From positions 2,666 to 66,665 of the forward strand of contig JACRNI010000011.1 of the NCBI GenBank assembly GCA_016234925.1: DNA of 64,000 nt. The letters are read 5' to 3'. Under the pieces are notes generated by a model. That model saw nothing but the letters and a program-made list of their open reading frames with translations. It did not search any database and was not told the DNA's origin. The DNA is from Deltaproteobacteria bacterium. Its GTDB lineage: Bacteria > Desulfobacterota > GWC2-55-46 > UBA9637 > GWC2-42-11. Position numbers and translations under genes: made by a program. Below are positions 1 through 9,570 of this stretch, piece after piece (within the stretch, counting starts at the first letter, position 1; each line of letters starts with the position of its first letter).

Positions 1-729
1 CATGCCGCATGCCATCACATTATCAAGCGAGACATAGCACGGGATATTTTTTTTATCTGCAATTTCTGCAACTGCCTTTAGCATTGGTTTTGAACCACAT
101 GCCAAAACAAGGGTATTATTTGACCCCTTGACCCCTTGACCCCTTGACCCCTTTTTTTCTAGTTCTTCTTTAAGAAGTTCTGTAACAAATCCTTTTCCTC
201 CAGTGCTGCCGTCATCTGTGGAAATTGATATATCAACTCCAAGTTTTTTAAAATCATTCAATCCCGGCAAGTCATTCTTATTCCTTCCGCCAAATAATAT
301 CTTGCAGGTTGCAACTTGCATCTTGCAACTTGCAACCTGCATATAGAACGGCACAATGCCAATCCCCCCTGCAACCATGATAATATTTTTATATCCATCT
401 GATAATGGAAATGAATTGCCAAGCGGGCCTAATACATCAATCTTATCACCCTCTTTCAATCCTGACATAATCCATGTGCCTTTCCCAACAACCTTATATA
501 ATATCTCAATTCCTTGAACCCTTGAACCCGCGCCCAGAGGGCACCCGCCTTGAACCCTGTTCTTATAAATCCCAAACGGTCTTCTTAAAAGCGGGTCTAA
601 TTGCTCACTAATCTTCAACATCACAAACTGCCCTGCCTGACAATCTGGAAATCCCCCATCTATTTCAAGTCCAAGTTTGTAATAGGATGGAAGAATATTT
701 TTGTTATATAATACCCGTGAATTCATCAT
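1..729 (-). CDS. PyrK-like FAD/NAD(P)-binding oxidoreductase with C-terminal 2Fe-2S motif. Partial; C-terminus runs off the window start.
   Basis: Reverse translation gives MMNSRVLYNKN...ILFGGRNKNDL...VSLDNVMACGM, the PyrK/sulfide-dehydrogenase-like MACGxG cluster motif at the window edge. Start ATG pair at 724-729. In-frame tandem short repeats are embedded at 121-152, 301-341 and 512-530. Confidence 0.55.
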   Translation of the reverse strand, partial: MMNSRVLYNKNILPSYYKLGLEIDGGFPDCQAGQFVMLKISEQLDPLLRRPFGIYKNRVQGGCPLGAGSRVQGIEILYKVVGKGTWIMSGLKEGDKIDVLGPLGNSFPLSDGYKNIIMVAGGIGIVPFYMQVASCKMQVATCKILFGGRNKNDLPGLNDFKKLGVDISISTDDGSTGGKGFVTELLKEELEKKGSRGQGVKGSNNTLVLACGSKPMLKAVAEIADKKNIPCYVSLDNVMACGM

Positions 730-741
730 AAATAAAGCGCC

Positions 742-1236
742 TTACTTTTGACTTTTGAGTTTTAAGTTTTGCGTTATATTCATTTCAAGACCCATAACTA
801 TTGCATCTTCATTATTGTCAGAATAATATCCTTTTCTGATGCCGATTTCTTTAAAACCAAAACCTTTGTAAAGCATCTGCGCCGCAGTGTTTGAATGCCG
901 CACCTCAAGATAAACAGCCCTTGCGTATTGCTTTGCAAGGAAATCCAAAATAAATTGAATGAGTTTTGTAGCTATGCCTTTTTTTTTAAAATCAGGATGA
1001 ACAGCAATATTCAAGATGTGAGCCTCTTCTGCAACAAGCCAGATAATTATATAGCCCACAAGGGTTTTATTATTTGATTTGTCCAGCCTTGCGACAAAAG
1101 AGCGGGAGAATGGATTTTGTAATTCCTTTTCAAATTGAGACCTTGACCATGGTCTTGGAAATGATACATCCTCTATTTTTAGAACCTCATCAATATCGCC
1201 TTGAGACATTGGCAGGATGGTTATATCCAAAAGCAA
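742..1236 (-). CDS. rimI: GNAT N-acetyltransferase, RimI-like (ribosomal-protein-alanine acetyltransferase family)
   Basis: 164 aa; SFPRPWSRSQFEKEL and the acetyl-CoA binding core KKGIATKLIQ typical of RimI. Confidence 0.7.
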   Translation of the reverse strand: MLLDITILPMSQGDIDEVLKIEDVSFPRPWSRSQFEKELQNPFSRSFVARLDKSNNKTLVGYIIIWLVAEEAHILNIAVHPDFKKKGIATKLIQFILDFLAKQYARAVYLEVRHSNTAAQMLYKGFGFKEIGIRKGYYSDNNEDAIVMGLEMNITQNLKLKSQK

Positions 1237-1327
1237 CCCTTATGTTTACCCTGTTAGAAAAGGTGTTGCTAAAGTTGAGTAGTCACACCCATGATTGATA
1301 CATTTTTATTGACTTTTCTAACAGGGT

Positions 1328-1945
1328 TTATTTTTCATTCACTGCAAATATAACATGCCATAGGTCTATCTTTTTCAACTTATACTTTTTCTCTACATGA
1401 AGATTTGACTTTTTTATAAAATCATTAAGAGAAAGGTCTGTGCGCCAGCCGATTTTCTTAGTTATGGGATTTAGCATCTTCACGACACTGCCAACCATCT
1501 TATTATTGCTCTTGAAGTGATTGACTATGACTATCCTGCCGTTCTTTTTGCAGACCCTTTTTACCTCTGATATTGTCTTGAACGGGTCTGGCACAACACT
1601 AACAACATGGGATATGAAAACCTTGTCAAATGTATTGTCAGGAAATTCCAGATTCATTGCATCCATTTCCATAAGTTCAATGTGGTTTAAATGGAGTTCT
1701 TTTATCTTTTCCCTTGCCTCTTTTAACATGGCAGAAGAAATGTCTATGCCGACAACACTGCAATATTTAGGAAATAGAGGCAAAGACAAACCTGTTCCAA
1801 CGCCAACATCAAGAACCCTCTCGCCATCCTTTATATCCATAGTTGCAATGGCATGTTTTATCCTCGGGAAAAAAAATCTTTTAAAGATTGCATCATAGGC
1901 GTTTGAATAGCCTGCATAAATCTTTTTTATTGCCTCTGTTTCCAA
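1328..1945 (-). CDS. Class I SAM-dependent methyltransferase (UbiE/COQ5-like)
   Basis: 205 aa; SAM motif I VLDVGVGTGLSL and motif post-I VVGIDIS. Confidence 0.8.
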   Translation of the reverse strand: METEAIKKIYAGYSNAYDAIFKRFFFPRIKHAIATMDIKDGERVLDVGVGTGLSLPLFPKYCSVVGIDISSAMLKEAREKIKELHLNHIELMEMDAMNLEFPDNTFDKVFISHVVSVVPDPFKTISEVKRVCKKNGRIVIVNHFKSNNKMVGSVVKMLNPITKKIGWRTDLSLNDFIKKSNLHVEKKYKLKKIDLWHVIFAVNEK

Positions 1946-2428
1946 TCAAGACACCTCCTTCCTGTAAATCATCTTATCATCCCCAATCTTGTAAAAATCC
2001 TTTATCCGCGCTATTTCTGTAAAACCATTCCTCTCGTAAAAGATTTTTGTTTTATAATAATCAGGCTTTGACGATGTCTCTGCGAGAAGCATCCTCGCAC
2101 CGATGTCTTTTAACACACTTTCAAGGCGATTGACAAGCACTTTGCCAATGCCCTTGCCTTGATATAATGGGTCAACAACTATCCAGTACAGGTCGTATGC
2201 GCCTTCTGTCAAAGGGATTCTGCCGTAGCAGATATAGCCAATGACTTTTTCACCTTTATCAACAGCGCAAAAAAAATTATAGTCTTTCTGTTCAGGGTTC
2301 CCCAAATAAATATCCAGCAGTTCTTTAGCGCAGTCTTTTTCTTCGTCTGTAAAATTGCCATTTCTATTTACTATAGAGATTATCGCATCCCTGTCAGATG
2401 ACAAAACCTTTCTAATGTTTATATTCAT
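1946..2428 (-). CDS. GNAT family N-acetyltransferase
   Basis: 160 aa; Q/RxxGxG/A motif YQGKGIGKVLV. Directly abuts the methyltransferase. Confidence 0.75.
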   Translation of the reverse strand: MNINIRKVLSSDRDAIISIVNRNGNFTDEEKDCAKELLDIYLGNPEQKDYNFFCAVDKGEKVIGYICYGRIPLTEGAYDLYWIVVDPLYQGKGIGKVLVNRLESVLKDIGARMLLAETSSKPDYYKTKIFYERNGFTEIARIKDFYKIGDDKMIYRKEVS

Positions 2429-2435
2429 TTATGGC

Positions 2436-3473
2436 TTAAGGTTTAAAGAATTTTTTATCTGTGCCATCATACCTTTTAACCGCACAATTTATTATTTCAC
2501 ATATGAGTTTAGAATATGAAAAACCTGCTGCTAAAGCGCTCCTTGCAAGACCGGCATCTGGCGATATATCAGGGTTTGGATTAACCTCTAAAACTTTTGG
2601 CATATTATCATTGCCCATCCTTATATCTATCCTTGCATAATCCCTGCAGCCAAGAGCCTTATACGCCTTAATCGCTGTGCAGGATAATTTTTCTTCAATA
2701 TCTTTTGATATATTTGCCGGGCAAACAGGCACGGTCTTTTTATAAAGCGGACTGGTTGTAATCCACTTTGCCTCATAACCGACTATCTTTGGTATATCCA
2801 TTGGAAGTTCAGAAAAATCTATCTCTGATACAGGCAGCACATTGGGGGTTTCATTGCCGATAACAGACACATTGAATTCCCTTCCGTCGATGTATTCCTC
2901 CACAAGCGCAGGCTGCTTATAAATATCTATGATGTATTCAATTCTTTTTTTAAGCGATGTAATATCCCAAACAACCGCATTGTTGTCTATGCCAATGCCG
3001 GCATCCTCATGAACAGGCTTCACAATAAGAGGGAAACTTATGCTGACAGAAGATAAAGATTTTATATCACCTATAACTGCATACTTGGGTGTTGGAATGC
3101 CTCTGGCATATAATATATTCTTTGCTGTTTCTTTGTTAAGGCTTAAACCAAGGGTTAAAGGCCCTGAACCAGTATATCTAAAACCGAATAATTCATAAAG
3201 CCCTGCGACATTCATCTCCATTGAACTTAAACCAAACGCCCCTTCACAGAGATTAAATATTATGTCCGGCGCACCATGCCTTAACATTTTTATAAAATCT
3301 TCAGGGTCATCTTTTAAAGGGACGAGTTTGGGGGCTATGCCATTTTCTTCAATAGCCTTTTTTACAGAATCCGCAGTATCAACAACTCCTTGAAGAGAGA
3401 TAATATCATCTAATTCGCCCTTTCTTACATACGCATCATCATTGTATGTTATAAAAATATTTTTTGGAATCAT
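2436..3473 (-). CDS. D-alanine--D-alanine ligase family ATP-grasp ligase
   Basis: 345 aa; GSGPLTLGLSLNKETAKNIL, PLIVKPVHEDAGIGI, EEYIDGREFNVSVIGN are Ddl-type motifs. Confidence 0.7.
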   Translation of the reverse strand: MIPKNIFITYNDDAYVRKGELDDIISLQGVVDTADSVKKAIEENGIAPKLVPLKDDPEDFIKMLRHGAPDIIFNLCEGAFGLSSMEMNVAGLYELFGFRYTGSGPLTLGLSLNKETAKNILYARGIPTPKYAVIGDIKSLSSVSISFPLIVKPVHEDAGIGIDNNAVVWDITSLKKRIEYIIDIYKQPALVEEYIDGREFNVSVIGNETPNVLPVSEIDFSELPMDIPKIVGYEAKWITTSPLYKKTVPVCPANISKDIEEKLSCTAIKAYKALGCRDYARIDIRMGNDNMPKVLEVNPNPDISPDAGLARSALAAGFSYSKLICEIINCAVKRYDGTDKKFFKP

Positions 3474-3485
3474 AACAAAAAAGCA

Positions 3486-3582
3486 AATCCTAATTTCTAA
3501 ATCCTAATTCCTAATGCTTTTATTTTAGAAATTTGACATTCGGATTTAGACATTATATTAGACATTAGGATTTAGGAATTAT
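3486..3582. repeat. Word-hairpin element (CCTAAT / ATTAGG words) between the two Ddl-like genes
   Basis: AATCCTAATTTCTAAATCCTAATTCCTAATG ... CATTAGGATTTAGGAATT. Confidence 0.5.
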
Positions 3583-3612
3583 TTTTACTTTCACGCCTTT
3601 CGTTTTTAGTTT

Positions 3613-4531
3613 TCAGATTGTTGTGTTCAACCCGTATCTCTTGCATGCAATATCCAAAACTGTATTTATAAGTTTATTATAATCCATGCCAGATGCCCTT
3701 GCTGCCTTTGGAAAACAGGAGTTATTCTTTGGGTCAGGGAGTATGCCCGGCAGGGGGTTGAGTTCCAGAATATAGGGGTTGCCGCTGGCATCCAGTCGGA
3801 CATCTATCCTGCACCAATCCTTTATATCCAGAACCTTAAATGTCTCTTTGCATACCGCCTCTATTTCATGCTTTAATGCCTTGTCTATTTTTGCCGGACA
3901 GACAAATATTTCCAGCGGATTATCAGGCGTGTCCCATATCCATTTTGCTTCATATGAATAGATAGGCTTGACACCTTCTGGCTTCATCTAAAACCCATTT
4001 GATTTTTTTATTCAGTTCTCCTTCATTATGAACAACAGAATCATTTCTTATGCCCTTGCTTGAGCCTTCATAAAGGGGTTTGACGATGAGAGGGAAATTG
4101 TAGCCCCCGACCTTTAGGTCGGGGGTGAGATGTGAGATGTGAGATGAAACTACAAAAAATCTTGCTGTGGGAATGCCGTAATATGACAGTATCTCTTTTG
4201 CCCTTGCCTTATCAAGGCATATGCCGAGTGTCAGAGGGTTAGAACCTGTGTATGGTATTTCAAGCATCTCTAATATCGCAGGAATATGCGATTCCCTGCT
4301 CCTGCCGTTAAGACCCTCCGCAATATTGAAAACAATATCAGGTTTTTCTATTTTAAGTTTTTGATACGCATCCTTGTCAGCCTCTATTAAAACAACTTCA
4401 TGTCTTTCTAAAATTGCTTTTTTTACAGCATCTATTGTCTCATCATCATCCCATTCAGCATAAAAATCCGGAGGGAGGTTCTCTGTTTCAATTTCTTTCT
4501 TTTTAATATTATATGTAATTGCGATTTTCAT
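3613..4531 (-). pseudogene. Second Ddl-like ATP-grasp ligase, split into two overlapping ORFs by a frameshift near 3950-3987. It also carries an in-frame hairpin-repeat insertion at 4103-4146.
   Basis: ORF 3950-4531 holds the N-terminal and central Ddl motifs (GSNPLTLGICLDKARAKEIL, PLIVKPLYEGSSKGI). ORF 3613-3987 holds the C-terminal ATP-grasp part (ILELNPLPGIL). Could be a real pseudogene or a sequencing frameshift. Confidence 0.5.
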
Positions 4532-4541
4532 TTTAGTAACA

Positions 4542-4692
4542 GATTACACAGATTATAAATTGCAGATTACGCAGAAATGTCATTGCGAGGCGAAGCCGAA
4601 GCAATCTCTTGGGATTGCCGCAGTCGCTTACGCTCCTTCGCAATGACAACAAGTTGTCATCTGTGTAATCGTTTTAAAAAATCTGTGTAATC
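4542..4692 (+). repeat. MITE-like family 3 copy (GATTACACAGAT termini, hairpin core)
   Basis: GATTACACAGATTATAAATTGCAGATTACGCAGA...GTCATTGCGAGGCGAAGCCGAAGCAATCTCTTGGGATTGCCGCAGTCGCTTACGCTCCTTCGCAATGAC...ATCTGTGTAATC x2. Confidence 0.65.
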
Positions 4693-4700
4693 ATTTTCAA

Positions 4701-5711
4701 TCATTTTGCAAGATTTTCTTTCACACACATGACAAGTTTTTTAATAACCCTGTCAACCACATCATCAGGGACTGCGTCGGGATATTGCGATTTCCGCCTC
4801 ATATCGCACATGTCATTTACATAATCAACAACAATGAATTTTCCGCTCTTTACCCCGTTAGAAGTTCCCCTCTCAGAGACACCTGTTTCTTTTATTTCTT
4901 TACTGCCTTTTAAAGATACACTTCTAACGGGGTTTATCTTTGCTATCTCTGTTGAAAAAAAATCCAGACAACATATATCGGCTATCCTTCTTGTTATATC
5001 TTCAAGTCCTTTCAGCCCGTAATGCTCCATTTCATGGCTAGTTACCCTGTGGTAGATATGCGTATCCGTATCCCACCAGCATGATATTACATCTCCGCAT
5101 ATATAAAAGACCCTGAACCATGCCATCCTGCTGTTCAAGCCTCTTCCAAAAACAACAGGTATGATTTTCTCCTGCAGCAGGTATTTGTCGTGGCTGATTT
5201 CCATCCGTGCCTTCACTATCTGGTGAATGGTTTTGGCATCAATAACAACACCTAGTCCGCCGCCTCCGCATGCAGGTTTTATTATGAACGGCATCCCAAG
5301 TTTTTTAAATCTTGAAATCTTCATCATAGTATGAAGTTTGGGATTATCTTTCCAAGGCGAGAGGATTATTGTATAAGGGACATTTATCCCATGTGTAAGA
5401 AACTCAAGGTGCATGGTTGCCTTGTCAACAGCCCTTGGCAAAAGGGAAACCTCGTTAATCATCTTAAAAGGCAGTTTTCTTGAATGATGCACCAGATTAT
5501 GAAACCTTGGATTTGTATCAGATGCGCGGTCAATGAACATCCTGAATGCAATCCTGCCTGCCTCTTGCAAACCAAGAGTTTCCTCAAGATTTGACGGATA
5601 GATTATATAACTGCTTACCCCGCTTTTTTGGCACTCTTTATCAAGGCTGTAAGCAAAATCCCTGTCATACTGCCATTCCCATGCAATGCCGAGGTCAAAA
5701 AATTGTGTCAT
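4701..5711 (-). CDS. ATP-grasp ligase with pre-ATP-grasp N-domain (RimK/GshB/GspS-like)
   Basis: 336 aa; FIIKPACGGGGLGV glycine-rich ATP-grasp loop; distinct from the two Ddl-like neighbours. Confidence 0.6.
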   Translation of the reverse strand: MTQFFDLGIAWEWQYDRDFAYSLDKECQKSGVSSYIIYPSNLEETLGLQEAGRIAFRMFIDRASDTNPRFHNLVHHSRKLPFKMINEVSLLPRAVDKATMHLEFLTHGINVPYTIILSPWKDNPKLHTMMKISRFKKLGMPFIIKPACGGGGLGVVIDAKTIHQIVKARMEISHDKYLLQEKIIPVVFGRGLNSRMAWFRVFYICGDVISCWWDTDTHIYHRVTSHEMEHYGLKGLEDITRRIADICCLDFFSTEIAKINPVRSVSLKGSKEIKETGVSERGTSNGVKSGKFIVVDYVNDMCDMRRKSQYPDAVPDDVVDRVIKKLVMCVKENLAK

Positions 5712-5728
5712 CGTTCATATTGGTAAAG

Positions 5729-5892
5729 TTGACGCTCAAAAATGTCTGGATGCTGGTAGCCGCAGGCTTTAGCCTGCGAAATAACGCAACCTAAAGGTTG
5801 CGGCTTTTTAGTATGTTGAGCGCAGAAGCCGAAGCGACAACGCCCGGGGCACCCATTGCAAAGCAATGGGTCGGGGCTTTTTGAGCGTCAAC
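5729..5892 (+). repeat. MITE-like family 1 copy with nested REP-like element (5755-5806) and GGGGCACCC hairpin (5843-5877)
   Basis: TIRs TTGACGCTCAAAAATG / CTTTTTGAGCGTCAAC; core GTATGTTGAGCGCAGAAGCCGAAGCGACAAC. Confidence 0.65.
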
Positions 5893-5895
5893 TTA

Positions 5896-6444
5896 TTATA
5901 AAATAAGGACTGCAGCAGCAATAACCGTCGTATATCTGCCGTCGCTCTTTACAATCGCTGACTGCGTTATATTGGTTGTCCTGACGATTTTATCGCTGAT
6001 TCTATAAATCTCTTTTTTCTCATCCCACCCTAGATTTGTGTCAAGTTCTATACCTAACGTTGACGCAAGCATTGCTGCGGCAAGGTCTTCTGCATAATCG
6101 CCTGCTATCTTGTCTGTCATGCCAAAGGCATGATGCTCGCTTAAGTAGCCATACTGTTTTTTATCCATTGGGATTGCACACCCTACAGATGCCGCCATCA
6201 GCCTTCTCGGCTCATTGCTGCAGCATCTTGACATGACGCAGAATGTCACCTGCCCAGGAGAAATCATTTTTAACCCTTGCGCCCTTGCAATAACCTTGCA
6301 CCCCGGCGGGAATATGCTGGATACTGTCACAATATTTAGTTTTTCAATGCCCGCATCTCTTAACGCCAATTCAAATGAATGCAGTTCTTCTTTATGAGTT
6401 CCTACACCCTTTGTGAAAAACACCCTTCTGGGAACCATGTTCAT
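5896..6444 (-). CDS. pdaD: Pyruvoyl-dependent arginine decarboxylase
   Basis: 182 aa; VTVSSIFPP matches the PdaD self-cleavage Ser-Ser site (IRISSIMPP in archaeal PdaD). Confidence 0.8.
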   Translation of the reverse strand: MNMVPRRVFFTKGVGTHKEELHSFELALRDAGIEKLNIVTVSSIFPPGCKVIARAQGLKMISPGQVTFCVMSRCCSNEPRRLMAASVGCAIPMDKKQYGYLSEHHAFGMTDKIAGDYAEDLAAAMLASTLGIELDTNLGWDEKKEIYRISDKIVRTTNITQSAIVKSDGRYTTVIAAAVLIL

Positions 6445-6463
6445 TTATCAAACCCTCCTTTTT

Positions 6464-6541
6464 CAGTGTCAGTGATTAGTGTCAGTATCAGTGAATGTTT
6501 TTTATCTTTATTACTGTCACTGACACTTCCACTCTTCACTG
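6464..6541. repeat. Word-hairpin element (GTCAGTGA words) between pdaD and agmatinase
   Basis: CAGTGTCAGTGATTAGTGTCAGTATCAGTGAATG-TTTTTTATCTTTATTA-CTGTCACTGACACTTCCACTCTTCACTG. Confidence 0.5.
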
Positions 6542-7528
6542 TTTCTTTACTATATATCCCATCATCTTGTAAACAAGTTTTGCAGACATAAAATCAGGCG
6601 CAACATTTCCGGGTATCGGGCATAATTCAACAACATCAAAACCAATTATATTTTTTTTGTTGGCAATAAATTTTAACAATTCAATAACATCATACCAGCC
6701 TAGTCCGCCCGGCTCAGGCGTTCCTGTTGCAGGCATAATTGACGGGTCAAACACATCAAGGTCAATTGTAACAAAAACATCATCTGTTAAATTATTGCAT
6801 ATATCCTTTGCAGGAATGTCGTTTATAATATCTTTTGCAAAATAGGTGGAGATACCGTGATGCGTTTTTCCTTGCCCCTTGACCCCCCACCCATCCGACC
6901 CATCCTTCGGATGGGTGCCCCGATGGGTACCCGCCCTTGACCCCTTCTTTAAAAACTCTGCTTCTTCAACAGATAAACTCCTTATGCCGACTTGAACAAT
7001 GGGACAAATTTCAGAAATCCTTCTCGCAATGCACGCATGATTATATGGGCTTTCCTGATAAACATCACGCATATCAGCATGCGCATCCATTTGCAAAACA
7101 GACATATTTGGATATTTTTTCTTTAATGCCTTAACAAGACCAAACGTTATGCTGTGTTCGCCGCCTAACATCACAGGTATTTTTTTGGCATTTATTATAT
7201 GCCTTGACGCATCATAAACAATGCCAGCCATCTCCTCTGGGCCTTTTGATGTCGGCTCAAGATAAGGGAGCGTATGTATACCAGCCTTGCATGCTTCTTT
7301 GTCCAATTCCTCGTCATACAGTTCCATATGCGTTGATGCATCTATGATTGCCCTAGGACCGTTTCGCGTTCCGCTTTGATAAGATGCAGTCATGTCATAC
7401 GGCACAGGCAGGACAACAAATCTGGCATTTTTAAATGATGATATTTTTGGCTGAAGACCGCCAAAGTTGTGCGGGATGCTGAATGGATAAGGAGGCATAT
7501 TATGTTTCGTTACCATCCCAACACCCAT
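6536..7528 (-). CDS. speB: Agmatinase (arginase/ureohydrolase family)
   Basis: 330 aa; metal-binding motifs VLQMDAHADMRD, DLDVFDPS, GFDVVELCP. Contains an in-frame GC-rich repeat insertion at 6871-6947. Confidence 0.8.
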   Translation of the reverse strand: MGVGMVTKHNMPPYPFSIPHNFGGLQPKISSFKNARFVVLPVPYDMTASYQSGTRNGPRAIIDASTHMELYDEELDKEACKAGIHTLPYLEPTSKGPEEMAGIVYDASRHIINAKKIPVMLGGEHSITFGLVKALKKKYPNMSVLQMDAHADMRDVYQESPYNHACIARRISEICPIVQVGIRSLSVEEAEFLKKGSRAGTHRGTHPKDGSDGWGVKGQGKTHHGISTYFAKDIINDIPAKDICNNLTDDVFVTIDLDVFDPSIMPATGTPEPGGLGWYDVIELLKFIANKKNIIGFDVVELCPIPGNVAPDFMSAKLVYKMMGYIVKKQ

Positions 7529-8499
7529 GCAAAAATCAGCGGGGCAACAATGCTTGCGTCTGATTCAATAATAAATTTAGGGGTATCTATCCCTAATTTG
7601 CCCCAAGTGATTTTTTCATTTGGAATAGCCCCGGAATATGAGCCGTAACTCGTGGTTGAATCTGATATTTGACAGAAGTATGACCAGAAAGGAACATCCT
7701 TCCAGCCTAAATCCTGATACATCATCGGCACAACGCAAATCGGAAAATCTCCGGCAATCCCGCCGCCGATTTGGAAAAAGCCCACGCCTTTTCCTCTGGA
7801 ATTTTTCTTATACCAGTCAGCAAGCCACACCATATATTCAATCCCTGATTTTACAGTAGAAGGTTTTAAATCTCCTTTTATGCAATAAGAGGCAAAAATA
7901 TTACCCATTGTAGAGTCTTCCCATCCGGGACAGACAATCGGCAGATTTTTCTCTGCTGCTGCAATCATCCAGCTGTTTTTTGGGTCTATCTCGTAATATT
8001 GCTCCATATCTTTTGAGAGAAGCATCTTATACATAAACTCATGAGGGAAATATCTCTCCCCCTTCCCTTCCGCAGTTTTCCATTGTTTGTAAATGCGCTT
8101 TTGTATCCTGCGGAATGCCTCCTCTTCAGGGATGCATGTGTCTGTCACACGGTTATACCCTTTCTCCATCAACTCCCATTCCTGCTGCGGGGTTAAATCT
8201 CTATAATTCGGAACGCGTTTATAATTCTTATGAGCGACCAGATTCATAATATCTTCTTCCAGATTAGCCCCTGTGCATGAGATGATATGCACCTTGTCCT
8301 GCCGTATCATTTCTGCTAATGAAATTCCAATCTCAGCAGTGCTCATGGCCCCGGCAAGCGTAATCATCATCTTGCCTTTTTTGCCGAGGTGCTTATCATA
8401 TGCCTTAGCAGCATCAACCAATGCTGCGGCGTTAAAATGCAGATAGTGCCTTTCTATAAATTGTGAAACAACGCCATTCTTCTTTGATTTTTTCTTCAT
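7510..8499 (-). CDS. Deoxyhypusine synthase family protein (DHS-like; possibly homospermidine-forming)
   Basis: 329 aa; NAD-binding DHS fold motifs ISCTGANLEEDI, FFQIGGGIAGDF; overlaps agmatinase start. Confidence 0.7.
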   Translation of the reverse strand: MKKKSKKNGVVSQFIERHYLHFNAAALVDAAKAYDKHLGKKGKMMITLAGAMSTAEIGISLAEMIRQDKVHIISCTGANLEEDIMNLVAHKNYKRVPNYRDLTPQQEWELMEKGYNRVTDTCIPEEEAFRRIQKRIYKQWKTAEGKGERYFPHEFMYKMLLSKDMEQYYEIDPKNSWMIAAAEKNLPIVCPGWEDSTMGNIFASYCIKGDLKPSTVKSGIEYMVWLADWYKKNSRGKGVGFFQIGGGIAGDFPICVVPMMYQDLGWKDVPFWSYFCQISDSTTSYGSYSGAIPNEKITWGKLGIDTPKFIIESDASIVAPLIFAWVLGW

Positions 8500-9155
8500 A
8501 ATCTGTAAACCCCTTTAAATCTTTCCATATGATTCTTATAGCCTGCAACCACCCTGTTTGCAAAATCAAGAGAGACTTCTTCATCAGCATCCATCATGTC
8601 TCTGACATATGTGGGCCCGAAATTATACGCAGCAAGCGCCAGTTCTGTTTTATCAAACTTATCTTTAAGGACATTAAAATAATAAAGTCCAATCCTCACA
8701 TTCATATACGGGTCAAGAAGCGTATGTTCCCCATTCCAATCTATGTTTAAGTCGCTTGCAATATCTTTGCCAACATATTCTCTGATTTGCATGAGACCCA
8801 TTGCCCCCCTGTCAGACCTTGCCCAGTTAAAAAATGAACTCTCTTTTTCTATAAGCGCCAGGACAAACATCGGGTCCAAATTATACTTACTGCTCTCATC
8901 AATTATCACCTGAGCAAGTTTAAGTTCCTCTCCTCTGGATAAGCCTGTCTTATAATTTCTGATGGTGTCAAGGACATAGTTGTCCTCCGCCGTCTGCTCA
9001 TCAAACACAATTTTAGGCACAACTTTCTGTCCAATATCGGTTCTTCTCAATTCCGCATCTGCGGAAACGACAGCCGCAATTACAAACACAAGCAGTATGG
9101 CTAATCCCTGCTTAAAGCATACAGGGACAAGTATATTTTTAACATTGAAATTCAC
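8496..9155 (-). CDS. Lytic murein transglycosylase (SLT domain) with signal/TM anchor
   Basis: 219 aa; SLT catalytic motif ESSFFNWARSDRGAMGLMQI; N-terminal hydrophobic segment. Confidence 0.8.
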   Translation of the reverse strand: MNFNVKNILVPVCFKQGLAILLVFVIAAVVSADAELRRTDIGQKVVPKIVFDEQTAEDNYVLDTIRNYKTGLSRGEELKLAQVIIDESSKYNLDPMFVLALIEKESSFFNWARSDRGAMGLMQIREYVGKDIASDLNIDWNGEHTLLDPYMNVRIGLYYFNVLKDKFDKTELALAAYNFGPTYVRDMMDADEEVSLDFANRVVAGYKNHMERFKGVYRL

Positions 9156-9183
9156 AGCATTCTCCCTTAAAATCTTTTCTGGA

Positions 9184-9411
9184 TTTTGAGCGTAATATTA
9201 TATTCAATTTGCAAGGTTTAAGTCAAGGATTAAGGCGATTGTAGTCTGCCGATTTATCGGCGTTTTTAAACTTGTCCCTGTATGCTTTAAGCAGGGATAC
9301 GCTCAATAAATTGAGCAACTACAAGTATGTTGAGCGCAGAAGCCGCTATGTTATGAGATTCCTCGCTTCGCTCGGAACAGGCTCCGCAGATGGGCATTTT
9401 CCAGCGTGAAC
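9184..9411 (+). repeat. MITE-like family 1 copy (degenerate/composite)
   Basis: Contains the family core GTATGTTGAGCGCAGAAGCCGC and right terminus GCAGATGGGCATTTTCCAGCGTGAAC. Confidence 0.5.
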
Positions 9412-9570
9412 TAATACAAACGCATTAAATTCAGTTACATCATACGAACGCAAGAAATGGTTTTAGACAAGGCGGACGACGAGGAAAACCGCAGGCATAC
9501 TAATTGGTATGTTGAGGATTTTCCGAGGAGTCCAACGCAGTATAAAGACATTTATTGCGTTCGTATTAGA

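Noticed and set aside
121-152. Short tandem direct repeats (TTGACCCC x4, and similar at 301-341 and 30013-30100) considered as a possible CRISPR array
   Set aside because: Units are 7-10 bp with no unique spacers and lie inside coding sequence. Not CRISPR.
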